This document shows positions 17,669-28,230 of a DNA stretch of 64,000 bases, in pieces (the stretch's first letter is position 1; each line of letters opens with the position of its first letter). Under the pieces are notes generated by a model that saw nothing but the letters and a program-made list of their open reading frames with translations, searched no databases and was not told the origin of the DNA. Source of the DNA: Armatimonadota bacterium (GTDB taxonomy: Bacteria > Armatimonadota > UBA5829 > DSUL01); the NCBI GenBank assembly GCA_039811685.1, contig JBDHZC010000001.1, positions 352,001-416,000 of the forward strand, read 5' to 3'. The position numbers and the translations under genes were made by a program.

Positions 17669-18952
17669 TCAGTCCATGTCGCTTGACTTGAGCGTCTTGT
17701 CAACGATCTGCAGGAATTCTTTGTTCGATTTGGTATGATGCAGCCGGTCTATCAGCAGCTCCGTAGACTCTACTGTTCCCAGCGCCGCAAGAAGCCTGTG
17801 CAGTTGCCAGATGCGCTTCAAAGAGTCTTCATCGTAGAGCAGCTCGTCGTGGCGCGTACCAGAGCGCTTCACATCAATGGCAGGATAAATCCTCCGCTCA
17901 GCCAGGGCCCGATCCAGGGTCAACTCCATATTACCCGTACCTTTGAACTCCTCAAAGATCATGTCGTCCATACGGCTGCCCGTATCTATCAGACAGGTGG
18001 CCAGAACGGTAAGGCTGCCGCCTTCCTCGATATTGCGCGCTGCGCCAAAAAATCGCTTTGGGCGATAAAGCGCTACGGGGTCGAGACCGCCCGACAGCGT
18101 CCGCCCACTCGGGTTAACCGTCAGGTTCGATGCCCGGCTCAGGCGTGTCAGACTATCCAGAAGGACCACGACATCCTTTCCGGATTCAACCAGCCGCTTC
18201 GCTTGCTCAAGCACCATATCCGCGACGCGCATGTGATTTTCCGGTGGCTCATCGAAGGTCGAACTGACTACATCACCGTCCACAGACCGGCGCAGATCGG
18301 TCACTTCCTCAGGGCGCTCATCAATCAAAAGGACAATCAGAAAGACTTCAGGATGATTCGCGGTGATAGAGTTGGCGATAGTCTTTAGTAGAATGGTCTT
18401 GCCGGCTTTCGGAGGGGCTACAATGAGGCCACGCTGGCCCTTCCCGATAGGCGCAATCAAGTCAATGAAACGCGAGCTGTACTGCTTCGGGTCTGTTTCA
18501 AGGACGAGCCGCTCGTTTGGATAAATTGGCGTGAGATCGTCAAAGTTCTTGCGCTGGCGGGCGGTCTCCGGATCTACTCCGTTCACAGCTTCGACGCGCA
18601 GCAGACCGAAATACTTCTCCGTATCCTTGGGCGGGCGCACCTGTCCCAGAACGGTATCTCCGGTCTTCAGCCCAAACCGCTTAATCTGTGACTGGGAGAC
18701 ATAGATGTCGTTCGCGGCTGGCTGAAAGTTCTGCCCTCGCAGGAACCCCCACCCGTCTGGAAGTATTTCGAGCACGCCCTGACGCAGCATAAGCCCGCTC
18801 TGCTCCGTCTGGTGTTCCATAATTCGAAAAACGAGATCGTGTTTGCGGCGAGTGCCGGCGTCGAGGTTCAAGTCTCGCGCTATCTTTTGTAGCTCGTCGA
18901 CATCTTTGGAGCCGAGTGTTGAGAGTTCTAGAGTTTCCACCTGTGGATTCAC
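17669..18952 (-). CDS. rho: transcription termination factor Rho
   Basis: [38 protein letters not shown] and [11 protein letters not shown]. Confidence 0.98.
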   Translation of the reverse strand: MNPQVETLELSTLGSKDVDELQKIARDLNLDAGTRRKHDLVFRIMEHQTEQSGLMLRQGVLEILPDGWGFLRGQNFQPAANDIYVSQSQIKRFGLKTGDTVLGQVRPPKDTEKYFGLLRVEAVNGVDPETARQRKNFDDLTPIYPNERLVLETDPKQYSSRFIDLIAPIGKGQRGLIVAPPKAGKTILLKTIANSITANHPEVFLIVLLIDERPEEVTDLRRSVDGDVVSSTFDEPPENHMRVADMVLEQAKRLVESGKDVVVLLDSLTRLSRASNLTVNPSGRTLSGGLDPVALYRPKRFFGAARNIEEGGSLTVLATCLIDTGSRMDDMIFEEFKGTGNMELTLDRALAERRIYPAIDVKRSGTRHDELLYDEDSLKRIWQLHRLLAALGTVESTELLIDRLHHTKSNKEFLQIVDKTLKSSDMD

Positions 18953-19392
18953 CTCATAAGGTAAGAGAGCGAGATATCCGGGAGTTCAAGGAGCGCCGCC
19001 CCGAAAGCACACGGGAATGGACGAATCACTATGTCGCCACCTCTGTGCCCATAGAACTCTTGGACATCTGCAGGAGAAGGCCTGCAGCAGCACTCGACAG
19101 CGCAACACAACCGCCGAGTCATTCGTCGTTCTCAGCGATTTCGCAATTCCGCCTGGTCCATTGGCCGGATCACGATGAGAAAGACAAAAACCTAAAGTAC
19201 GAAACAGCCACCAACGACGAGCCAATAACAAAGAGTGATCTCATCCTGACGGCAGAATCCCAAAGCGAACGCAAACCTTTGGGCCAGCACCACTCCAGCA
19301 GATTTCGACGCGCCAGTGGCTGGTATTTGGACTGTGGGACTTTTTCGGCGTCCAGGCTACACGTCAGGGGGTCGCAGTAAGTCTGCTGCCCT

Positions 19393-19421
19393 ATTATACG
19401 CGCCCCAGGACAGCATGTCTA
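19393..19421 (-). promoter_or_regulatory. sigma70 promoter upstream of rho
   Basis: Minus strand TAGACA, 17-bp spacer, TATAAT. Confidence 0.7.
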
Positions 19422-19479
19422 CCTTTTTTAGATAAATATCGCAACCGGATGACGAGCAGCCACGCAAAGCGGTTTCTCC

Positions 19480-20034
19480 CTACCCGCCTCCGTACACCTC
19501 TGGTTTGAGAACCCCAATAAACGGCAGGCTCCGATAAGCTCCATTGTAGTCCAGACCGTAGCCAACGACATATTTGTCTTCAACGAGAAATCCATTGTAG
19601 TCGAGTGGAACGCCCATCTCGCGGCGACTTGGCTTATCCAACAGCGCACATACGCGAACACTGGCAGCTTTGCGAGAGCGCAAATTCTCCAACAAATACG
19701 ACAGACGTAAGGTCCAACCCGTATCGACAATATCTTCGATTACGAGAACGTGCTTGCTGACAACGCTGTCGTCCAAATCTTTGATAATTCGGACAACACC
19801 GGAGGCCTTGCTATCCGCGCCATAGCTGGAGATAGCTACAAAATCGTAAGACACAGGGATGCTGATAGCCCGAACCAGATCAGCGAGAAAGATAGCCGCT
19901 CCTTTGAGCACGCCAACAAGAATTAACTGCTTTCCCTGATAGTCGCGCGATATCTGATCACCGAGTTCAGCCACGCGGCTCGCAATCTCGTCTTCCTTCA
20001 CCAGTATCTGCGCGATGTCGTCGCGTAAATCCAT
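19480..20034 (-). CDS. hpt: hypoxanthine phosphoribosyltransferase
   Basis: GVLKGA, VLVIEDIVDTG (PRPP-binding loop) and YVVGYGLDY. Confidence 0.96.
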   Translation of the reverse strand: MDLRDDIAQILVKEDEIASRVAELGDQISRDYQGKQLILVGVLKGAAIFLADLVRAISIPVSYDFVAISSYGADSKASGVVRIIKDLDDSVVSKHVLVIEDIVDTGWTLRLSYLLENLRSRKAASVRVCALLDKPSRREMGVPLDYNGFLVEDKYVVGYGLDYNGAYRSLPFIGVLKPEVYGGG

Positions 20035-20043
20035 AAACGCTCT

Positions 20044-21597
20044 CTATTCCCACTCGATAGTCGCCGGCGGCTTCGAGCTGATATCCAACACTACCCGATT
20101 GACACCAGGCACTTCGTTGGTGATTCTGCTGGAGATCCTTTCCAGAACCTGGTACGGCAGACGCGCCCAGTCCGCAGTCATGACGTCATCACTGGTCACA
20201 GCTCGAATGCAGATCGGGTAAGCGTAGGTGCGCTGATCACCCATAACACCAGTGCTTCTGATGGGCAGCAGAACTGCAAAAGCATGAAAGAGCTCCCGGT
20301 AGAGACCCGCACGCTTCACTTCGTCAACGACAACCCAGTCCGCCCGACGCAACATCTCCAGGCGCTCCCGCGTGACTTCTCCGATTATCCTGATGGCGAG
20401 ACCAGGTCCCGGAAAGGGCTGACGCCATACCAGTTCACTCGGCATGCCAAGCTCCGTAGCCACGCCACGCACCTCGTCCTTGAACAAGTCCCGTAGCGGT
20501 TCAAGGAGTTCAAATTTCATGTTCTCAGGCAGGCCGCCGACGTTGTGATGAGTCTTGATCAGGGCTGCTGACTTGGTACCGCTCTCGATAACGTCCGGGT
20601 ACAGAGTGCCCTGCGCGAGAAAATCGAAGTGCCCCAGCTTGCTGGACTCTTCTTCAAAAACTCGAACAAACTCTTCTCCGATGATTTTGCGCTTGCGCTC
20701 AGGATCCGTCACTCCTTCGAGACGATTCAAGAAGCGTTCCTGTGCATCTACATACACCAGGTTCATGCGGAAATTCTGTTCGAAGGTGGCTCGGACGCGC
20801 TCCGGTTCTTCCGCCCGAAGCAACCCATGGTTGACGAAAACGCAGGTAATCTGCTCGCCAATGGCTTCATGCACGAGCGCAGCCGTCGTAGAGCTGTCCA
20901 CGCCTCCGCTCAGCGCACAGAGAACCCGGCCTTTCCCAACTCTGTCTCTGACCCAGTTCGTGGCCTGGCCGACAAAAGACTCCATCGTCCATGAGCCTTC
21001 GCATCCGCATTCCCTATATAGGAAGTTTCGCAGAATTTCTATACCCCACGGGGTATGGGCCACTTCCGGATGAAACTGCACGCCGAACTGCCTGCGCTCA
21101 ACATTGGCCATGGCCGCGACAGGCGTCGCGTGCGTCCTTGCCAGGACTTCAAAGCCAGGAGGCGCTTCCTGCACAAGGTCCCCGTGGCTCATCCAGCAGA
21201 TCAGCTCCGGGTTCAGGCCTTCAAAAAGTGTGCCAGGCTCAAGCACGTGGAGCTCAGTCTTGCCGTACTCCTTATTCTCCCCGGGCAGTATCTTGCCATC
21301 GAGCTGGTATCCCATAAGCTGCATTCCGTAACAGATGCCCAAAATGGGAATTCCCAGCTCGAAGATACCTGGATCAACGCGCGGCGCCCCTTCGTCGTAG
21401 ACGCTGCTCGGGCCACCGCTCAGGATTATACCACGCGGTTTTTTTGCCAGAATCTCTTCGAGCGAGGTGTCGTGAGACACCATTTCGCTGTACACGCGGC
21501 ACTCTCGAACGCGGCGCGTTATGAGCTGACTGTACTGCGCACCGAAATCGACAATAACGACCAGTTCATCCGGAGCAGCGATCCGGGATCGCGTCAA
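20044..21597 (-). CDS. guaA: GMP synthase (glutamine-hydrolysing)
   Basis: [33 protein letters not shown] and [12 protein letters not shown] start overlapping the guaB stop. Confidence 0.97.
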   Translation of the reverse strand: MTRSRIAAPDELVVIVDFGAQYSQLITRRVRECRVYSEMVSHDTSLEEILAKKPRGIILSGGPSSVYDEGAPRVDPGIFELGIPILGICYGMQLMGYQLDGKILPGENKEYGKTELHVLEPGTLFEGLNPELICWMSHGDLVQEAPPGFEVLARTHATPVAAMANVERRQFGVQFHPEVAHTPWGIEILRNFLYRECGCEGSWTMESFVGQATNWVRDRVGKGRVLCALSGGVDSSTTAALVHEAIGEQITCVFVNHGLLRAEEPERVRATFEQNFRMNLVYVDAQERFLNRLEGVTDPERKRKIIGEEFVRVFEEESSKLGHFDFLAQGTLYPDVIESGTKSAALIKTHHNVGGLPENMKFELLEPLRDLFKDEVRGVATELGMPSELVWRQPFPGPGLAIRIIGEVTRERLEMLRRADWVVVDEVKRAGLYRELFHAFAVLLPIRSTGVMGDQRTYAYPICIRAVTSDDVMTADWARLPYQVLERISSRITNEVPGVNRVVLDISSKPPATIEWE

Positions 21598-22754
21598 CTC
21601 CCCTGCCCCACCTTCTGTGCGCGCTGTGCTGCCTTGCCTTCGGTTGGAATGGATGGCGCAACCACCAACTCTGCGCTTTGCATCTCGGGAATTGTACGTT
21701 TCCCGCAATACCCCATCGCAACCTTGAGCGCCGTGACAAAGTTCATTGTTCCATCGTCAGATTTGGCTGGCCCGAAGAGAATCTGCTCCAGAGGCGCGTG
21801 AGCGCCAACTTTGATACGGGTGCCCCGCGGAAGACCCTGATGCGCTGTGGCCATACCCCAGTGCCAGCCCTTGCCGGGAGCTTCTTCGGATGCGGCGATG
21901 GGAGACCCGATCATTACAGCGTCAGCGCCTGCGACAATTGCTTTGACAATGTCTCCACCAGTACGCATTCCACCGTCGGCGATTACAGTCACTCGTTTGC
22001 CAGTGCGCGTGTAGTAGTCATCCCGGGCCGCAGCCGAGTCTGCGACCGCGGTTACCTGCGGAACGCCGATGCCGCAGACTCTTCGCGTCGTGCAGGCGGC
22101 GCCAGGTCCAATGCCGACGAGAATCGCATCCGCTCCCGCCTCCATCAATGCGTACGTTCCCTCATAGTTGACGGTATTTCCGACGATGACAGGGACCGTG
22201 GAGTTGGCGCATATATCAGCAATGGAGATGGAGTTGCCCTTGCTGGAGTAGTGCTTCGCCGATGTCACCGTTGACTGAATGACGAGAATATCCAACCCTG
22301 CTGACAGGGCCGCCTCGCCAACTGTGGCAAATCCTGCGGGAGTGACCGAAGCCGCAGCCAGAGTGCCGCTCTGCTTGATCTCCGCAATGCGCTGCGCGAC
22401 GAGATCCAGCTTGATAGGCTCGCGATACAGGGATTGCAGAAGAGGGACAACATCTTCCTGCGACGACTGTATCACCCGCTGAAACTGAGCGCCGTAGTCC
22501 TCGTAACGGGTGAACAGCCCTTCCAGATTCAACACTGCCAGCCCCCCCAACCTGCCCATAATCTGGCACATTGAAGGGTCAACAGCGGCATCCATCGCGG
22601 AAGCCAATATGGGAATACGAAAAGTGTGGGGCCCTACTGAAAAAGAGGTGTCAGTGTCGTCAGGATCGACCGTGGTGGCTCCACAAGCTACCGACACCTC
22701 GTCAAAACCGTAGCTCCGGCGAGCCCATTTGTGACCGCCAACGAGTATCTGCAA
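21594..22754 (-). CDS. guaB: IMP dehydrogenase-family protein (GuaB3-type, no CBS domains)
   Basis: [17 protein letters not shown] (catalytic Cys loop) and IADGG; operonic with guaA. Confidence 0.88.
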   Translation of the reverse strand: MQILVGGHKWARRSYGFDEVSVACGATTVDPDDTDTSFSVGPHTFRIPILASAMDAAVDPSMCQIMGRLGGLAVLNLEGLFTRYEDYGAQFQRVIQSSQEDVVPLLQSLYREPIKLDLVAQRIAEIKQSGTLAAASVTPAGFATVGEAALSAGLDILVIQSTVTSAKHYSSKGNSISIADICANSTVPVIVGNTVNYEGTYALMEAGADAILVGIGPGAACTTRRVCGIGVPQVTAVADSAAARDDYYTRTGKRVTVIADGGMRTGGDIVKAIVAGADAVMIGSPIAASEEAPGKGWHWGMATAHQGLPRGTRIKVGAHAPLEQILFGPAKSDDGTMNFVTALKVAMGYCGKRTIPEMQSAELVVAPSIPTEGKAAQRAQKVGQGS

Positions 22755-22872
22755 ATAAACCGACTACCTCCTCTGTTTTCAGCATCCTACTCAAGAATAC
22801 GAGCAGTGTCAATTGACTGTTACAACCGAATTTTCCAGATGTCGCAACACCAGGAAAGCGCCTCGCTTCGGC

Positions 22873-22901
22873 TTGACTCAAAGTGAGGCCGCCGCTATAA
22901 T
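22873..22901 (+). promoter_or_regulatory. sigma70 promoter for the IMPase-family gene
   Basis: TTGACT, 17-bp spacer, TATAAT, ending 10 nt before ATG 22912. Confidence 0.75.
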
Positions 22902-22911
22902 CCGCGCTACT

Positions 22912-23901
22912 ATGGCCGGAAACCTCGAAGCCTCTGAAGCTCTTCACGTCGCAGAAAAAATCGCCCGCGAGCTGAGAAGCGCCATCAGCCCTGCTCTTGA
23001 TCGGCCAGATATCGGCGAGGCGGTGGGAGTCGCAGCGAGCGGCGACACAACATTCTCCGCTGATCTGATTGCAGAAGACGCATTGAAGAGAGCGGTTGAT
23101 GAGTTGAAGGTTCCGGTCGCCTGTTACTCGGAGGATGAAGGGCTGGTTGAAACTGGGCCTTCACCAGAGTGGCTGTTGATTGTTGATCCTATCGATGGCA
23201 CACGGCCTGCCGCAGCGGGACTTGAGACGTGTGTGGTATCTGTAGCCGTCGCCCGACTCTGTGACAAGCCAGTTATGGGTGATGTCGTAGCCGGCGCAGT
23301 CTATGAGCTGCGCAGAGATCGGCTCTATCTCGGCTCGCGTGGAGGCGGAGCTTTTCAGGTGGACGCAGCCGGGCTACAGCCACTTACTCCACGCCCGCCC
23401 AAGGAGTTTTGTGAGTTGCGTTGGACGCTCGAGACTGTTGCCAGACCGGCGCTGTTCAACTTCACTGCTGTACGAAGGCTGATTGATGAGACCTCCCTTC
23501 GTGGCTCCCTGTTCTCCTTCAGCTCTAGCGCATTTTCCCTCTGCCAGATCGCTGCCGGGCGCTTTTCCGGGATGGTAGATCTATCAGCGCGCATTCTCAG
23601 GGATTGTGATCCTGAAGCGGGATATATGCGTCAGGTAGGACACGGCCGCATCATGGGTATGTGGGCCTACGACATCGCGGCCGCGGCCTTAATCGCCACA
23701 GAAGCCGGATGTGTGGTGACGGACGCGTGGGGAGGGTCGCTGGACGACCTTATTCTCACTCGCTGCGATCCGCAGGATATGGCAAGCTGTATCTGTGCGT
23801 CAAGTCCCGAGTATCACGCTCGCATGCTCGAGCTGATCAATGCCGGGTTTGAGGACTGCCGCAACATATCACCGGCTCAAAGCGGACCTGGTGGGTCGTA
23901 G
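22912..23901 (+). CDS. inositol monophosphatase / FBPase superfamily protein
   Basis: YSEDEG, LIVDPIDGT and WAYDIAAA metal-binding motifs. Confidence 0.88.
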   Translation: MAGNLEASEALHVAEKIARELRSAISPALDRPDIGEAVGVAASGDTTFSADLIAEDALKRAVDELKVPVACYSEDEGLVETGPSPEWLLIVDPIDGTRPAAAGLETCVVSVAVARLCDKPVMGDVVAGAVYELRRDRLYLGSRGGGAFQVDAAGLQPLTPRPPKEFCELRWTLETVARPALFNFTAVRRLIDETSLRGSLFSFSSSAFSLCQIAAGRFSGMVDLSARILRDCDPEAGYMRQVGHGRIMGMWAYDIAAAALIATEAGCVVTDAWGGSLDDLILTRCDPQDMASCICASSPEYHARMLELINAGFEDCRNISPAQSGPGGS

Positions 23902-24692
23902 CGGTAAGTTCTTTTTATCTTCTGCGTTGTCGCAATAGCCTCTTTGTGACCCGGATGCAGATAAAGCGCCTTGTGCGCCTCAACGTAAGCGCGGCCAACG
24001 TTCTTAGCTGCAAGCTGAGCCACGGCCAGATGAGATCGCAGCTCCGCTTCATCCGGTGCCTTCCGAATGGCCTTTTCCAGCCATTGGATTGACTGCGCGA
24101 CATTTCCCACCTTGTAGTAAGCCCACCCGAGCGTGTCCATATAAGCTGCTGCCTCCGCAGGACTGGCTCCTCGAACCGCCTGCCTGGCCAGCGGCAATGC
24201 GCGATGCGGATCGATGTCTCCATCTGCCAGCGTCCACGCCAGATCGTTGGCGGCAGGAGCAGACGTTGGATCCAGTTGATAAGCCAGCTCTGCAAAGGAC
24301 AGTGCAGCGCCGGGAGATTTTGTCTCGTACACCAGCGACGCCACCGTCAGGGCGACTGCGCTGGCTTCCTCAGGTGGCAGCCTGGATGGTTGGGTGTAAT
24401 CGTCTCTGTGATCGAGAATCCACTTGCCAGCAGCCAAAGCATCCGTAACCCGCCCACGCGATTTCCAAAAATTGAAGACCGCAAAAGCCACCTGCCAGTC
24501 CTCGGGCTGGGAGAGCAGTGTTCCCTGCAGGAGTGATCGCGCCTCAACAGTCTTAGCCTGTGAAATCAGGCGCTCAGCGCGCTGGAGTCTGGCTGAAAGA
24601 TCTCTTTGCGTAGCTGTCGGAGCTTTGGCGCAACCCGATACCATCACACCGCCCGCCATGCCCAGCAATGCAAGAAGGCGTATCAGGGCCAT
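23877..24692 (-). CDS. TPR-repeat lipoprotein
   Basis: Signal peptide with lipobox-like VSGC; TPR motifs (AANDLAWTLA, YMDTLGWAYYKVG). Confidence 0.8.
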   Translation of the reverse strand: MALIRLLALLGMAGGVMVSGCAKAPTATQRDLSARLQRAERLISQAKTVEARSLLQGTLLSQPEDWQVAFAVFNFWKSRGRVTDALAAGKWILDHRDDYTQPSRLPPEEASAVALTVASLVYETKSPGAALSFAELAYQLDPTSAPAANDLAWTLADGDIDPHRALPLARQAVRGASPAEAAAYMDTLGWAYYKVGNVAQSIQWLEKAIRKAPDEAELRSHLAVAQLAAKNVGRAYVEAHKALYLHPGHKEAIATTQKIKRTYRYDPPGPL

Positions 24693-26647
24693 GGGAACTG
24701 CGGCGCTGGAGAATTGAGGATCGCGCTTATTGCTGTCCACAAGATGGCAGACAGGAACTCACCCATAATCAGTCCGAGAAAGACCGGGCGCGCTTTGAGG
24801 TAGAGTTTCATTCCGCCATATCTGAGAATGAGCGACTTGAACACCCACGCGACAAAGCACGGAAACCAGAAGTTGTACATGGTCCACGAGGGCGCCAGCG
24901 CGTATCCAAGCGGATGCAGCGGCCACCAGAAAAAGTTGATCCGCATCCACGCGAGGAATACCGTAAACAGCACACCTGTGCCGAGCCAGAAGGCGTTACT
25001 GGCGCGAGCCGGATCAGGTGTGATTCCGTTAGAAATCGCCCGAATGTGCTCCTGATAGTCATTGAACGACCACGTAGCATTGTCGCTGTAGGCGTAGGAG
25101 TAAAGATTGAGTGCGCCCTTTGCCAGGTAGGTGTAGTACATTTGGAGGTAGCCAGAGACAAGGGCAGCCAGAACAATCGCCACAACAAACAGCGGCAGAA
25201 ACGTCCTGCGGCGAATAGACACGCCGTCAGAAATCTTCAAAGAATCCAGAAAGCCGCTGAGCAGCAGACCGCGTTGATCGCGCAGAAACGCGGTGTCCAT
25301 GAACGCCATCGCTGTCAGATTCTGCGCACCCAGCGACGCGGGAGGCGCAAACACACGGATAATATCAACCGGTCTGAAGGAGGTCTCCGTCATCAGAAGC
25401 CCGCCTTCAGAGACACTGCGGGTCAGCACCAATCCCACGACAAAGATGAAAACGAACAACTCAAACGCCGCCAGCCAGAGATCCATCCCTGCCGCGTGCA
25501 ACCACATAGTTGCCAGAACAAAAAAGATCAGCAATCCCCAGACAGACGCCCAGTAAGGCAGCAGCTCGTTGGAGTCATCCAGTTCTCGCCGGCCGGTAGC
25601 GTTCTTCCACACCTTCTTTAGATAGGGCCAGGACGTGTACACCATATAGGCCGCCAGCGTAATGTAGGCGCCCATCGCCTGGTATCCCATGAACTTGTAG
25701 CACGGGTAAATGGGCATCTGCTCTACAGTCAGCCCGTAAACGCCCGCAATGTAGGTCTGAAAGCGCATAAAGACAAAGAACGCCCAGAGTGAAAACAGGA
25801 TGTCAGACGGCAGCAGATAGAACAGCCCGATACCCGCAAAACTGAGATACGCAGTGGTGGAGTAAACAGACAAATACGGCGCGACCGGAGGAAGATAGGA
25901 AGTCAGATTCTGCTGGAGCTGTACGCTGGGAATATTCGGAATAAGATTGTGGAGACCGTTCATCGCGAAGACGGCAGTCGGAATCGCAAATCCTATCCAG
26001 AGAAGTCTATTCCTGAAGAGGGATCCCTGCTGGCCCTCTTTGAGCATATCCAACGGAAGCTGCGCGAGTGGAAACGCAAGTTTTTCATTGTCAACCCATT
26101 GACGCCGCAATATCGAGGCAAGGCACAGGAAACAACCGAAGATCAAGAGCGCAAACACGCCCCACGCCACCAGAGGCACGGCCCACGCGCCCCACGGGAT
26201 AGACTCACCCGCGCGCAGTTTCTCATAGTAGCGTGTCGCGACCAGCTGCTGAGGCCCGCCGCTGGGATTGAACGCCACCATCCATTTCTTGATGTAAGGA
26301 AAGAATAACTTCTGCCATTCGTTGGCGGGGTTGGCGTAATAGTCCGGTGCGATCAGGGCAGGCATGACCTTTTCCATGAGACCCCGGCTGGAGACCATCG
26401 CTGCAATCAGCATCATGGAGTAGATCACGACGATGTCGCTGTTATCCAGCGCAAAACGCTTCGACAACCGCCGCACACCAATGTTGATCCCCACCAGAAT
26501 CACCAGAAAACCCAGCACGACCGGTGGGAGCTGCAAGAAGCCTATCTGTATTTTTGCGCTGACCGATTCTGCAAAGGTTACAACCCAGCAGACGATGGCG
26601 ACAGCTACCAGACCAGGAATAAAGCCCCGGAGAAAACGGGAAGCCAA
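24683..26647 (-). CDS. large polytopic membrane protein (DUF6785/DUF6784-like, putative transporter)
   Basis: Many TM segments; RRQWVDNEKLAFPLAQLP and FFWWPLHPLGYAL...LILRYGG..LY.KARP.FLGLIMGE. Confidence 0.75.
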   Translation of the reverse strand: MASRFLRGFIPGLVAVAIVCWVVTFAESVSAKIQIGFLQLPPVVLGFLVILVGINIGVRRLSKRFALDNSDIVVIYSMMLIAAMVSSRGLMEKVMPALIAPDYYANPANEWQKLFFPYIKKWMVAFNPSGGPQQLVATRYYEKLRAGESIPWGAWAVPLVAWGVFALLIFGCFLCLASILRRQWVDNEKLAFPLAQLPLDMLKEGQQGSLFRNRLLWIGFAIPTAVFAMNGLHNLIPNIPSVQLQQNLTSYLPPVAPYLSVYSTTAYLSFAGIGLFYLLPSDILFSLWAFFVFMRFQTYIAGVYGLTVEQMPIYPCYKFMGYQAMGAYITLAAYMVYTSWPYLKKVWKNATGRRELDDSNELLPYWASVWGLLIFFVLATMWLHAAGMDLWLAAFELFVFIFVVGLVLTRSVSEGGLLMTETSFRPVDIIRVFAPPASLGAQNLTAMAFMDTAFLRDQRGLLLSGFLDSLKISDGVSIRRRTFLPLFVVAIVLAALVSGYLQMYYTYLAKGALNLYSYAYSDNATWSFNDYQEHIRAISNGITPDPARASNAFWLGTGVLFTVFLAWMRINFFWWPLHPLGYALAPSWTMYNFWFPCFVAWVFKSLILRYGGMKLYLKARPVFLGLIMGEFLSAILWTAISAILNSPAPQFPWP

Positions 26648-26689
26648 ATTGATAGTAGAAGCCCTTCCTTAGAATACGGCCGCAAACCG

Positions 26690-27364
26690 CTACTCGAGCT
26701 CTTTACCCAGAACCCTATCAATGTCCTCTTGACTTACAGCGCCGTGTCTGACAATTTTGGGAACGAACTGCGTTACATCTATGACGGTTGAAGGGACAGG
26801 CGCTTTCAGAACTCCCTGATCTACGATATAATCAGCAGACTCAATAACGCGCCCGGCAATACGGTTGAGTTCGTCTGGCTGGGCATCTCCCGAAAGGTTG
26901 GCGCTGGTTGCGGTGAGCGGGCGACCAACAGCGCGCAGCACACGCAGCAAGAAAACGTGATCAGGAGCCCGCACGCCGACGGTGCTCTGGGGCGCAATTA
27001 GCCTCGAGACGCCGGCGGCTGCGGGAAGGACAATCGTAAGTGCCCCTGGCCAGAACGCCCGCATCAACTCACTCGCGACAGGACAAGCGTCCATGTTCGC
27101 CACTTCCGCGACCATCTCGAGATCCGGCACTGCAACAGGAATTGGCTGGCCATCAGGGCGGCCTTTGATATCTACGACACGCTTGACGGCATCAGGCGAC
27201 GTGGCGTCCGCAAAAAGACCATACAGTGTGTCTGTCGGAGCAAGCAGGATACCACCCCGCCTCACGCAGTCCACTGCTTCGTCAAAGCAGTCCGGAACGA
27301 GCCGGTCTTCCTCGGTCAGCCTGGCGATGACGGGGCCATTGGATTGGGGCAGATCTAACTCCAC
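26690..27364 (-). CDS. tsaC: L-threonylcarbamoyladenylate synthase (Sua5/YrdC/TsaC)
   Basis: PTDTLYGL, IKGR, FWPGALT, TATSANLSG and PSTVID. Confidence 0.93.
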   Translation of the reverse strand: MELDLPQSNGPVIARLTEEDRLVPDCFDEAVDCVRRGGILLAPTDTLYGLFADATSPDAVKRVVDIKGRPDGQPIPVAVPDLEMVAEVANMDACPVASELMRAFWPGALTIVLPAAAGVSRLIAPQSTVGVRAPDHVFLLRVLRAVGRPLTATSANLSGDAQPDELNRIAGRVIESADYIVDQGVLKAPVPSTVIDVTQFVPKIVRHGAVSQEDIDRVLGKELE

Positions 27365-28227
27365 GTGAACTCGACCACCCTTTCAATGCCCGCCAGATCT
27401 GGATAGACCCGCGCAACTCGCAGTGGTCCTCTGCGCACCAGCTCCGGCATTGCGCAAGCCTGACCATGACCAACTTCCAACAGGAGAGAGCCCGAAGCGC
27501 TCAACCATTCAGGCGCAGCGTTGATGATCCCGCGAATGACGTCAAGTCCATCTTCACCGCCGTCCAGAGCCTCTCGCGGCTCCCAATCGCGAACATCCGG
27601 AGACAGCTTCGGAATGTCGTCAGACGGAATGTAAGGGGGGTTGCTCAGGATCAGGTCAAATGGCTTGCCCTGGGGATCCATCGGCTGCAGAAGGTGTCCA
27701 CTGTAGAGATGAAAGCGCGCAGAGACTCCATGAACTTGCCCATTGTCTGCTGCTGTGCTGAGTGCCACATCTGCCACGTCAGTCCCGTCAGCCCGTAGAG
27801 TTGGGTCACTGCAGAGCAGCGCTATCGAAACGCACCCCGATCCGACACCAATTTCAGCAAAGCGAGCGGGCTGAGGGCGCTGGCGCAGAAGCTGTAACCC
27901 GACATCGACAAGAAGCTCCGTCTCAGGCCGGGGAATCAGTACGCCAGGACCGACGGCGAACTCCAGTCCGTAGAAGTGTTTCAGACCAAGGATATAAGCG
28001 ACGGGCTCGTGAGACAACCTTCGCCGGATAAGCTCACCGAAAGCCTGCTCCTGAGCGCTTGACAGTAACTGTATGTTTCTGGAGATCAGAGAAGTCCGGC
28101 TGCAGCCAAGAACGTGTGAGAGCAGCAGCTCGCAGTCCAACAGCGGCGATTCGGAGCCGGTCTCGCGGAGACGCGCTGCGCCTTCAGCGAGAGCTTCCTG
28201 TGTCGTAGCGCCAGGCTTGACGTTCAT
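27355..28227 (-). CDS. prmC: release factor glutamine methyltransferase
   Basis: VLIPRPETE, SNPPY and ALDGGEDGL; directly after prfA. Confidence 0.95.
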   Translation of the reverse strand: MNVKPGATTQEALAEGAARLRETGSESPLLDCELLLSHVLGCSRTSLISRNIQLLSSAQEQAFGELIRRRLSHEPVAYILGLKHFYGLEFAVGPGVLIPRPETELLVDVGLQLLRQRPQPARFAEIGVGSGCVSIALLCSDPTLRADGTDVADVALSTAADNGQVHGVSARFHLYSGHLLQPMDPQGKPFDLILSNPPYIPSDDIPKLSPDVRDWEPREALDGGEDGLDVIRGIINAAPEWLSASGSLLLEVGHGQACAMPELVRRGPLRVARVYPDLAGIERVVEFTWS

Positions 28228-28230
28228 TAC

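Noticed and set aside
18916..19380. ORFs 18916..19380 (+) and 18986..19231 (-) in the rho upstream region
   Set aside because: No recognisable motifs or RBS; the region is better explained as the rho leader
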